The translations under genes and the position numbers were made by a program. This document shows, in pieces, positions 1-7,483 of a DNA stretch of 11,070 nt (positions within the stretch are counted from its first letter, which is position 1; every line of letters begins with the position of its first letter). The notes below the pieces were generated by a model, which was not told where the DNA came from, searched no databases, and was given only the letters and a program-made list of their open reading frames with translations. The stretch comes from a bacterium (GTDB lineage: Bacteria; Hinthialibacterota; Hinthialibacteria; Hinthialibacterales; Hinthialibacteraceae), in NCBI GenBank assembly GCA_041946805.1, contig JBHGBC010000182.1:1-11070 (forward strand), written 5' to 3'.

Positions 1-1
1 A

Positions 2-304
2 CCAGCAGTTCTGATGTACAAAATGAGAATGAATCCGCCTCAGAAATATCAAGCCGAGCAGGACGTGGCCTTCGCCACGGACGAGCGCTGGCAGGTGACC
101 GAGCGGGACGGGATGCCTACCCTGGTGGACGCGGAGACGGGGGCCAATCTGCAGCGATACGATATCGGCGAAACGAACATCATGACGGCCGCCTGTTTTT
201 CACCGGATGACCGGCAACTGTACATCGCGGGGATAGACCGGAAAATCTACGTCTTCGACAGCCATCTCCCCTCGCACGCTCCGGGGTGGGAGGTGTATCC
301 GTGA
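2..304 (+). CDS. C-terminal fragment of a WD40/beta-propeller repeat protein (5'-truncated by the window edge)
   Basis: Frame is open from base 2 to TGA at 302-304. The translation has WD40-like blades ('DVAFATDERW', 'TAACFSPDDRQLYIAGIDRKIYVFD'). Confidence 0.7.
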   Translation, partial: PAVLMYKMRMNPPQKYQAEQDVAFATDERWQVTERDGMPTLVDAETGANLQRYDIGETNIMTAACFSPDDRQLYIAGIDRKIYVFDSHLPSHAPGWEVYP

Positions 305-328
305 AGGGGATTATAAAGTAGTAATATT

Positions 329-362
329 GATGGGTTACTCCCTTCGGGCTAACCCATCCTAC
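329..362 (-). repeat. GTAG-type REP-like palindrome between convergent genes (may also act as a terminator or stabiliser hairpin)
   Basis: Minus strand reads GTAG-GATGGGTTA-GCCC-GAA-GGGAG-TAACCCATC: a GTAG tetranucleotide directly 5' of a 9-bp perfect outer stem and an imperfect inner stem, which is the canonical REP layout. Confidence 0.65.
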
Positions 363-388
363 GTCACTACATAAAGGTGCTGGATGGC

Positions 389-1672
389 TCAATGCGCGGG
401 CGGGGCGGTGATGGCCAGCAGGCGGCAGGTGAACCATTTCCGGGCGGCGTTCAGGATGTCTTCCGCGGTGACCGCCTGGACCGCTTCGGGAAACCGGTTG
501 GCGTATTCCCATCCCAGGCCGGCGGTTTCGTATTTGCCGTAGCACGACGCCTGGCCCATGTTGGTTTCCATGGCCATGACGTAGTGGCCGCCGATGCAGG
601 TTTTGACCCGCTGGAGTTCGTCTTCGGGCGTCGGTTCGTTTTTCAGCCGCTCGATTTCCATCTCCATGCACCGCAGCGCTTCGTCCCGGTTGGCGGGGCT
701 GAGGACGGTGTAGAGCAGCAGCGGAGTATGATCGTAGTGCGGTGAATACGACGCGCCCACCTGGTAGCACAAGCCCCGCTTGTCCCGAATCTCCTTGAAC
801 AGCCGCGAATCCATCGATCCCCCCAAGAGGGCGGAGATCACCAACAGAGAGGGCATGTCCGGTTCGCGCAGTCCGCAGCCGGGATAGCCCGCCACGACGT
901 ATTCGGCTTCCGTCTCGCGGTGTTCGAGGATCATGGCGTCTTCGTGAACCGCCGGAGCGGCGGGCGGGCAATCGGGAACCGGGGCGGCCGCGCGCGCGGG
1001 ACGGGCGCCGAAGGCTTCGGCCACGATCTCCATCACCTCGCCGTTTTCCTCCCCCCCGACGACGGAGACCACCAGGTTGGCGGGATCAAACGCGGTGCCG
1101 GCGAACGCCGCCAGGCCATCCCGCTGGATGGCGTCGAGGGTTTCGATCCGGCCCAAGCTGGGCCACGAGTAGGGATGAGATCCGTAATAATGTTGGCAGA
1201 AGATCCGCATGGTGAAATGCAGGCGCGAATCATCCTGCTCGAGGATGTTCATCCGGACGACTTCCCGCTCGCGTTCCAGTTTGTCCTCGGGGAAGGTGGG
1301 GTAGTCCAACAGTTCCAGCACGGTTTCCAAATCCTCGCGCAGGCAACGCGTGGTGGTTTGCAGGTCCACCGTGCTGCGGTCTTTGCCCGCCTCGGCCTTG
1401 AACTGCGCCCCGTTTTTTTCCAGGTTGCCGGCGATCTGGTCTTCGCTGTGGCGGGTGGTTCCCGCCGGAAGCAAGGTCAGGCCCAGGTTGGCCAGGCCGG
1501 CCTTCTCCGCCGGTTCGTGGCGCGAACCCAACCGGCTGAAGACGCGGATGGCCACGATCTGATTGTAGGGATTGGGCGCGAACAACAGAGTCGTGCCGTT
1601 CGCCAGGGTTTGGCGGATCACGGCGCGTTGGGGAATATGAATGGACATCCCGGCAGGCAGGCTGGATTCCAT
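389..1672 (-). CDS. M16 (pitrilysin/insulinase) family protein, probably a non-catalytic M16B subunit
   Basis: Typical M16 segments are present: 'TLANGTTL', 'GSRHEPAEKAGLAN', 'YPTFPEDKLERER', 'HPYSWPSLG', 'LGGSMDSRLFKEIRDKRGLCY'. The HxxEH zinc motif position reads 'NLGLT'. ATG at 1672 is preferred over TTG at 1678. Confidence 0.9.
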   Translation of the reverse strand: MESSLPAGMSIHIPQRAVIRQTLANGTTLLFAPNPYNQIVAIRVFSRLGSRHEPAEKAGLANLGLTLLPAGTTRHSEDQIAGNLEKNGAQFKAEAGKDRSTVDLQTTTRCLREDLETVLELLDYPTFPEDKLEREREVVRMNILEQDDSRLHFTMRIFCQHYYGSHPYSWPSLGRIETLDAIQRDGLAAFAGTAFDPANLVVSVVGGEENGEVMEIVAEAFGARPARAAAPVPDCPPAAPAVHEDAMILEHRETEAEYVVAGYPGCGLREPDMPSLLVISALLGGSMDSRLFKEIRDKRGLCYQVGASYSPHYDHTPLLLYTVLSPANRDEALRCMEMEIERLKNEPTPEDELQRVKTCIGGHYVMAMETNMGQASCYGKYETAGLGWEYANRFPEAVQAVTAEDILNAARKWFTCRLLAITAPPAH

Positions 1673-1681
1673 GGACAACGG

Positions 1682-1706
1682 AGGGGGACGGAGAATCCGC
1701 CCCCCT
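1682..1706 (-). promoter_or_regulatory. 11-bp GC-rich stem-loop in the gpmA-M16 intergenic spacer (no U-tract)
   Basis: Minus strand AGGGGGGCGGA-TTC-TCCGTCCCCCT forms 11 pairs including one G:U. It ends 9 nt upstream of the M16 ATG. Confidence 0.55.
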
Positions 1707-1726
1707 ATCCTTTCTCATTGCGTGTA

Positions 1727-2476
1727 TTACTTCTTGACTTTGCCCTGGTTGGCGACCGCTTGCATGGCTTTTTTCACTTCTTCCTCATCGCCCAGGTAAT
1801 ACGAACGCAGGGGTTTCATCTGGTCATCCAGTTCATACACCAGCGGCATGCCGGTGGGGATGTTCAGGTTGATGATGTCCTGGTCCGAGATGTTGTCCAG
1901 GTGCTTGACCAATCCGCGCAGGCTGTTGCCGTGGGCGACGATCAACACTTGCTTGCCGGCCTGGACGGTGGGGAGGATCACATCGAACCAGTAGGGCAGA
2001 AAGCGTTCGATGGTGTCCTTGAGGCATTCCGTCTTGGGCAGTTCATCCGAGGCGAGGTTGCCGTAGCGGCGGTCGTGCCCCGGAAAGCGGGGGTCGGATA
2101 CATCCAGCGGCGGAGGGGGGATATCGTAGCTGCGCCGCCAGATCTTCACCTGGTCCTCGCCGAACTTCTCGGCGGTCTCGGCCTTGTTCAACCCTTGCAG
2201 CCCGCCGTAATGCCGCTCGTTGAGACGCCAGCAGCGGTAAACGTCGATCCACATCTGGTCCAATTCATCCAGCGCGATCCAGAGGGTGCGGATGGCCCGC
2301 TTGAGCACGGACGTATAGGCGATATCGAACGCGAATCCCTCTTGTTTCAACACTTGCCCCGCCTTCCGGGCTTCCTCCATCCCCTTGTCCGACAGATCCA
2401 CGTCCGTCCAGCCCGTGAACCGGTTTTCCTTGTTCCAGGTGCTCTCGCCATGCCGCAAGAGAACGATTTTCTTCAT
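1727..2476 (-). CDS. gpmA: 2,3-bisphosphoglycerate-dependent phosphoglycerate mutase
   Basis: Signature motifs '[24 protein letters not shown]', '[18 protein letters not shown]', 'WRRSYD', 'AHGNSLR', 'LNIPTG'. A GGAG Shine-Dalgarno lies upstream of the ATG at 2476. Confidence 0.98.
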   Translation of the reverse strand: MKKIVLLRHGESTWNKENRFTGWTDVDLSDKGMEEARKAGQVLKQEGFAFDIAYTSVLKRAIRTLWIALDELDQMWIDVYRCWRLNERHYGGLQGLNKAETAEKFGEDQVKIWRRSYDIPPPPLDVSDPRFPGHDRRYGNLASDELPKTECLKDTIERFLPYWFDVILPTVQAGKQVLIVAHGNSLRGLVKHLDNISDQDIINLNIPTGMPLVYELDDQMKPLRSYYLGDEEEVKKAMQAVANQGKVKK

Positions 2477-2522
2477 GGTTTCCACTCCGGCGTTTGTGAT
2501 GCGTCACACGGTTGCGCCGCTC

Positions 2523-2551
2523 ATTGTGGCCGCGGCCGGCGGGTTCGTCAA
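2523..2551 (-). promoter_or_regulatory. Putative sigma70-type promoter for gpmA
   Basis: Minus strand TTGACG (2551-2546), 17-bp spacer, CACAAT (2528-2523), about 45 nt upstream of the start codon. Confidence 0.5.
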
Positions 2552-2826
2552 GCATTCGAGCGGCGGCGGAGGATTGACTGCATCCGGATGGACATGATGA
2601 CCGGGATGGGAGTGGATTTCGTGATGTTCAATCCACCCTGCATTGAATGACACGCAAAGAGGGTCATCCTAAATTTTTCAATCCCTGCTTGAAAAAAAGG
2701 CGCAAATGAGTTTCCATATAGGTCATCCGGTTGGGGGCCGTGATTCGTTTCCACAAAGAAAGCGTTCTCTGAGGTATTCCAGTTGCCACAACAGGAAAAA
2801 TCCCATCACCGCGCAGGGGGAAAAAC

Positions 2827-3978
2827 GTGTCTGGGTTTCAGCAATTTTCGACTGAATTTCCCATGGGGCACCGGGGGGAGAAATCCACGGTTCCGCCGGA
2901 AATCCAACAGCAGGCGAATCTGTTCAAGAACCGGTTGTATCTAGGTCCGTTTTTGAATGCGGTGCCCCAGGTGTTTCTGATCTTGAATCCCAAGGGGCAG
3001 ATCGTCTTCTCCAATCGTCCCGTGGCGGATGTCTTGGGATTGGAATGGGGCGACGCCATTTGCAGTTTCCGGCCGGGGGATGTGCTGAAATGCGCGCACG
3101 CCTTGGGAAACGGCGGATGCGGTACGATGGAATCGTGCCGGTTGTGCGGGGCGGCCAACGCTCTTTTCACTAGCCGGATCCAGGGGGAGACGGTGCGGGA
3201 ATGCCGGATCATCCAGAAGGAAACCGGCAATGCGCTTGATTTGCGGGTGTGGGCGACTCCCTACTGGGTGAACGACGAGCAGTTCATCTTTCTTGTGATC
3301 ACCGATATCAGCCATGAGAAGCGGCGCAAGGCGTTGGAGCGGATCTTCTTTCACGACATTCTCAACACAGCCGGGGCGTTGTTGGGATTTTGCCAACTGA
3401 TGCAGGAAGCGGACAGCAGCCAGATCGACCGCTTCCGGGAGCGGATCAGCTGCCTGACGGAAAAGATCATTCATGAAATCAAAAGTCAACGAGAACTATT
3501 GGCGGCGGAAAACAATGATCTGACGCTGCAGCCTTCGCCACACCGGTCCAAGGAGTTTCTGCTCGAAATCGTGGATATGTATAAAAACCAGGATGAGTGG
3601 AGAAACCGGGACCTCCGGATCGATCCGGAGGCGGCGGATGTCGTGTTCACGAACGATTGCACCCTGCTTGGCCGGGTGTTGAGCAACATGATGAAAAACG
3701 CCTTGGAAGCATCCACGCTTCAACAAACCGTTACCTTGGGATGCGAGGCGGCCGGGGAACGGATCGCGTTTTGGATCCACAATCCCAATTTCATGCCGCG
3801 CGATGTCCAGTTGCAGGTGTTTCAGCGATCGTTCTCCACTAAAGACCCGGACCGGGGTTTGGGAACCTACAGCATGAAGCTGCTCAGCGAGCGGTACCTG
3901 GGCGGGCAAGTGACTTTCGAGACCCATCTGGAGACCGGAACCCGGTTTATCGCCACGTATCCCCTGCATGTGAAGTAG
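2827..3978 (+). CDS. Cytoplasmic sensor histidine kinase with a Cys-rich PAS-like domain
   Basis: PAS-like start 'LNAVPQVFLILNPKGQIVFSN' and end 'ITDISHEKRR'; H-box 'FFHDILN'; N-box 'NMMKNALEA'; F/G2 boxes 'FQRSFSTK..RGLGTY'. No transmembrane segment is evident. The start may be GTG 2827 or ATG 2863. Confidence 0.92.
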   Translation: MSGFQQFSTEFPMGHRGEKSTVPPEIQQQANLFKNRLYLGPFLNAVPQVFLILNPKGQIVFSNRPVADVLGLEWGDAICSFRPGDVLKCAHALGNGGCGTMESCRLCGAANALFTSRIQGETVRECRIIQKETGNALDLRVWATPYWVNDEQFIFLVITDISHEKRRKALERIFFHDILNTAGALLGFCQLMQEADSSQIDRFRERISCLTEKIIHEIKSQRELLAAENNDLTLQPSPHRSKEFLLEIVDMYKNQDEWRNRDLRIDPEAADVVFTNDCTLLGRVLSNMMKNALEASTLQQTVTLGCEAAGERIAFWIHNPNFMPRDVQLQVFQRSFSTKDPDRGLGTYSMKLLSERYLGGQVTFETHLETGTRFIATYPLHVK

Positions 3979-4262
3979 TGAGGCGTCTGGACCGGGGGAG
4001 GAGCGATCCGGTGGGCGTTGAATGATGGGCCGCCACCGGCCGCCAGGACTGGTCATTTGTCCCTCCCATAATCCTGGACAATTTTTATTTGAGCTCAAGC
4101 CGGTGGATCTGAATGCCCAATGGATTCTGGAAATTGTTCCTTTCCCTTGGTTCACTTTCAACCCGGTTTCTGCCATTTTTCCATTCACACCGAAGGAAAA
4201 TAATTTCCTTCCCGCTCGTCGTTTAGGAACCCGCCGAGGAATCATCGCCAACGGAAAGCTCT

Positions 4263-4320
4263 CCCTCATCCTGGCCCTCTCCCAATGGGAAGGGGATTTA
4301 GGAGTTGCTTTTGATCGATC
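4263..4320 (+). repeat. CCCTC...TCTCCC-NNN-GGGA(G/A)-type palindromic intergenic repeat, copy 1
   Basis: ccctcatcctggccctctcccaatgggaaggggatttaggagttgcttttgatcgatc aligns along its whole length with 10989-11047. Confidence 0.7.
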
Positions 4321-4414
4321 CCGGCGATGCAATACGAACCCGTCATCTGAAACAAGTACTCACTTACGGGATGAACCTCCTTTTTGTCCATCCTCCGGAC
4401 CCCGCCCGGTGGAT

Positions 4415-5461
4415 TCAGGGATGAAAAACGAGCCAGCCGAAGCCCAGGCAGATCAGGGCGTTGGTTGTGGCCATGGTGAAATCGTCCGTTCCCCGGGGCG
4501 AATAGAGTTCCACCAGCGGATTCACGAAGGCCAGCAACACCCCCAGCGCCAGCCAGGCGGGGGTCAGATCGTTGGCCCACACGACGGACAGGTTTAACGT
4601 GAGCGCGCAAAGGAAGGCCGACACCACGCCCGCCCAGGATTTGCGGTTCATATCCCCCAGGCCCCAGACGTGGATGCCGTGACGTCCCCACAGGGAGCCG
4701 AAGATCTCCGAGGCGAAATCGGCGGCGGCGTAGGAAAGCCAGATGAAGGCATAGAGCGCCGCGTAGGTTTTGGGAGGATAGAGTTCCGCCAAACGAAGGC
4801 CGATGGGGATCATCACGAACCGGAATGTACCCCACAGCGTGCCAATGCACAGGGCGTTGGCGCGTCCCTGGATGCCGTCCAGCACCCGGGCCTGCGCCCC
4901 GTAGCTCATGTGTCCGAACACCCCGTTGTTATGAAAAGTGAGGACGGCCCACCAGTTCATGATCATGGCGTCGAAGAGGCTGGACTGCAATCCGAAGGCC
5001 AGGGCCTCGGGTGTGGGATTTTGCCGGACCTGGAAATAGATGAATCCGAAGCCCACGACCACCATCACGATGGTGCGGCCCCGCCGGGCGATCATGTCGA
5101 TGACGCGGAAGGAACGCTCGGAATGGCGGGCGAGAAGATCTTCGAGATCGAAGCCCGCGAGACGGTTGCCGAACACCATCCGCAGTTCATCGCGGCTGAG
5201 GCCCATCCGCTTGAGCAGCCCGTATTTGAGCCAGTGGAAGGCGTAGGACCAGATCATCCAGAAAAACGTGAAGAAAACCGTAAAACCGATGATCTGTTCG
5301 AGGGAGGGGCGGTAATTTCCGAAGAACCAGCCGCCATCGATGCCCGTGATCATCAAGAACAACCACGTCACGGTGGCCAGAACGGTGTATGCCAGGCAAA
5401 CATGAAAAACCCTCATCGCCTGACACAGCCGCTGGCGTTGGAGATCCTGATGGGATTCCAT
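4415..5461 (-). CDS. Polytopic membrane protein with a C-terminal CTP-dependent phytol/dolichol kinase (cytidylyltransferase-superfamily) like region
   Basis: Many hydrophobic segments. 'ADFASEIFGSLWGRH...NRKSWAG' and 'VELYSPRGTDDF' resemble the GD..A..vG..fG.....KS.EG and E......DN motifs of that family. A GGAGG SD lies upstream of ATG 5461. Confidence 0.7.
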   Translation of the reverse strand: MESHQDLQRQRLCQAMRVFHVCLAYTVLATVTWLFLMITGIDGGWFFGNYRPSLEQIIGFTVFFTFFWMIWSYAFHWLKYGLLKRMGLSRDELRMVFGNRLAGFDLEDLLARHSERSFRVIDMIARRGRTIVMVVVGFGFIYFQVRQNPTPEALAFGLQSSLFDAMIMNWWAVLTFHNNGVFGHMSYGAQARVLDGIQGRANALCIGTLWGTFRFVMIPIGLRLAELYPPKTYAALYAFIWLSYAAADFASEIFGSLWGRHGIHVWGLGDMNRKSWAGVVSAFLCALTLNLSVVWANDLTPAWLALGVLLAFVNPLVELYSPRGTDDFTMATTNALICLGFGWLVFHP

Positions 5462-5621
5462 GAGGAAATCCCTCCGATACAGAATGGGAATGATCTAACC
5501 AAATGCGGAATGGTGATACAAGGGCGGAGGTGTGGGCGGTTCATGAAATGTCTTCCCACAGCCCAGGCCCTTTCCCAGGGGCAAATCCTTACCCATCAGT
5601 CCAGTTCATGAATAGAATTTC

Positions 5622-5800
5622 ATCCCCGCAGGGGATCAATGTGAATAGCCGTAGGCGACAGCCTACGGTTTCATGAACAAAAACATCAACCCCGCAGGGG
5701 TTGAATTCAATACCATTCGACCCCTTCGGGGTCGTCTCCTCTTTCTATGCAACCGGGGGTTGTCACTCCCGGCTATTCATATTCAATCCCTTCGGGATTG
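5622..5800. repeat. Six-hairpin palindromic (REPIN/MITE-like) element, copy 1
   Basis: Hairpins at 5622-5636, 5649-5668, 5686-5704, 5718-5734, 5753-5772 and 5784-5800. The left and right halves are imperfect inverted copies (TGAATAGCCG / CGGCTATTCA). Homologous to 9314-9489. Confidence 0.85.
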
Positions 5801-5803
5801 GAC

Positions 5804-5827
5804 GCCGGCGAGACGCCTGCACCACAA
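5804..5827 (+). repeat. GCAGGC-type REP-like hairpin with an ACCACAA tail
   Basis: gccggcgagacgcctgcaccacaa matches 10711-10734 (gcaggcaagatgcctgcaccacaa) and 9493-9515. Confidence 0.7.
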
Positions 5828-5992
5828 TTTACCGTATCCCCGCTTTCGCGGAGACGACAATTACATTGAAAACCAGGATTTGTGGGGAGTATTCATCTGA
5901 GGCAATGGCCACCTGTAGAATAGGCGCCGTGTAGCGTCGTTCATGAAAACCACCGGTCGGAAAAACAGGGAGGAAATCCCAGGGAGGAAATC

Positions 5993-7483
5993 ATGATCAG
6001 TAAGATGTTATTCGCCGCCGCGGGACTGGCTTTGTTTCTGGCGGCGCGGGGAGAGACGCAGCCGGTTGTCATGGGCATTTTCGAATCGCACGGGGATGTC
6101 GGCCAAGTGAAGCATCCCGGGCGGGTGGAATTCGATCCCGCCCGCCAAACGTACACGGTCACCGGCGGGGGCGCGAACATGTGGGGCGGAGTGGACGCGT
6201 TTCATTTCGTCTGGAAGCGCCTCTCCGGCGACGCCGAGTTGACGGCGGATATCCAATGGGTGGGAACCGGGGGTAATCCGCACCGCAAGGCCTGCCTGGT
6301 CCTACGGCAAAGCCTGGCGGCGGACGCACCTCACGTGAACGCGGTCACGCACGGGGACGGCCTGACCGGCTTGCAGTTCCGCCGGACCGCCGGCGGTCCC
6401 ACGGAAGAGATCCGCATGGCGCTTTCCGCTCCCCAGACACTACGGATCGTGAAAGACGGCGATGTTTACACGATGTACGCGGCCCGGGCGGACGGGAAAC
6501 TCCAGCCGGCGGGATCCATTCAAGCCAGTCTGGGGAACGAGATCTATGCGGGAATCGGCGTCTGTTCGCATGACGACGAGAAACTCGAGACGGCGGTGTT
6601 TTCGAAGGTATCAATGATATCCAAATCCTTGGCGGCCGGGCAGGAGCGGATCGTCGAAAGCAGCCTGGAAATCCTGGACGTGGAGACCGGTGAGCGGACC
6701 ATCGCCTACCAGGCGCGGCGGCATTTCGAAGCGCCCAACTGGTCGCGGGACGGGCGGACGTTGCTGTTCAACAGCGGCGGGCGGCTCTACACGATCCCCA
6801 TCGAGGGAGGCCGGCCGGTCCGGCTGGACACCGGCTTCGCGGATCAATGCAACAACGATCACGGCTATTCGCCGGACGGGAAATGGATCGCCCTCAGCGA
6901 TCAATCGCGAACCCAAAAATCATTGATTTACACGCTGCCCGCCGGGGGAGGCGAGCCCCGGTTGATCACGCCGCAAGGCCCCTCCTACTGGCACGGATGG
7001 TCGCCGGACGGCCGGACCTTGGCCTATTGCGCGGAACGCAACGGCGAATACGACGTTTACACGATCCCCGCGGAAGGCGGCGCGGAAATCCGCCTGACGG
7101 ACACGCCGGGGCTGGACGACGGGCCGGATTATTCGCCGGACGGCCAATGGATCTATTTCAATTCCATCCGCTCGGGGACCATGAAAATTTGGCGGATGAA
7201 AAGCGATGGCGCGAATCCGGAAGCCATGACTTCCGATGAGTACAACGACTGGTTTCCCCATCCCTCCCCGGATGGAAATCAAGTGGTGTTCTTGTCGTAT
7301 GAGCCGGGGGTGGAGGGGCATCCCGCCAACAAGATCGTGAAAATCCGCCTGATTCCCGCCAATGGAGGAGAACCGAAGGTCCTGGCCCAGTTGTTCGGCG
7401 GCCAGGGGACCCTGAACGTGCCCTCCTGGTCGCCCGACAGCCGGCGGATCGCGCTGGTCAGTTACCGGCTGGCGGCCCCGTGA
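5993..7483 (+). CDS. Secreted TolB-like protein: N-terminal beta-sandwich (ConA/DUF1349-like) domain plus a PD40 six-bladed propeller
   Basis: Signal-peptide-like N-terminus (MISKMLFAAAGLALFLAARG). Six PD40-type repeats (WSRDG, YSPDG, WSPDG, YSPDG, PSPDG, WSPDS). GGAGG SD. Not in a tol-pal context. Confidence 0.88.
   Translation: MISKMLFAAAGLALFLAARGETQPVVMGIFESHGDVGQVKHPGRVEFDPARQTYTVTGGGANMWGGVDAFHFVWKRLSGDAELTADIQWVGTGGNPHRKACLVLRQSLAADAPHVNAVTHGDGLTGLQFRRTAGGPTEEIRMALSAPQTLRIVKDGDVYTMYAARADGKLQPAGSIQASLGNEIYAGIGVCSHDDEKLETAVFSKVSMISKSLAAGQERIVESSLEILDVETGERTIAYQARRHFEAPNWSRDGRTLLFNSGGRLYTIPIEGGRPVRLDTGFADQCNNDHGYSPDGKWIALSDQSRTQKSLIYTLPAGGGEPRLITPQGPSYWHGWSPDGRTLAYCAERNGEYDVYTIPAEGGAEIRLTDTPGLDDGPDYSPDGQWIYFNSIRSGTMKIWRMKSDGANPEAMTSDEYNDWFPHPSPDGNQVVFLSYEPGVEGHPANKIVKIRLIPANGGEPKVLAQLFGGQGTLNVPSWSPDSRRIALVSYRLAAP

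Noticed and set aside
920..2650. 576-aa plus-strand ORF
   Set aside because: It lies antisense to the clearly real M16 and gpmA genes and has no recognisable motifs, so it is a typical high-GC shadow ORF.
2641..2740. 'acgcaaag...cctaaa' resembles part of a c-di-GMP-I riboswitch
   Set aside because: The upstream GGCAAAC/GAAA-loop P2 stem and the P1/P3 pairings cannot be formed.
4022..4597. 191-aa plus-strand ORF, and the overlapping minus-strand ORF 3496-4332, in the convergent gap
   Set aside because: Both overlap real genes antisense, run through a repeat, and give no protein-like motifs.
4670..5611. 313-aa plus-strand ORF, and similar antisense ORFs at 7735-8598, 6920-7510 and 10161-10862
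   Set aside because: These are shadow frames of well-supported genes on the opposite strand.
5604..5706. CRISPR-like appearance: two ~37-nt hairpin-bearing direct repeats about 65 bp apart
   Set aside because: There are only two degenerate units, the 'spacer' is itself a conserved hairpin repeated in the other half-units, and no cas genes are present.
5673..5934. Short ORFs 5673-5900 and 5701-5934
   Set aside because: They are translations of the palindromic repeat stack and have no convincing RBS.
5993..7483. Assigning the gene symbol tolB
   Set aside because: The N-terminal domain is not TolB_N-like and no tolQRA/pal neighbours are present; only the propeller is shared.
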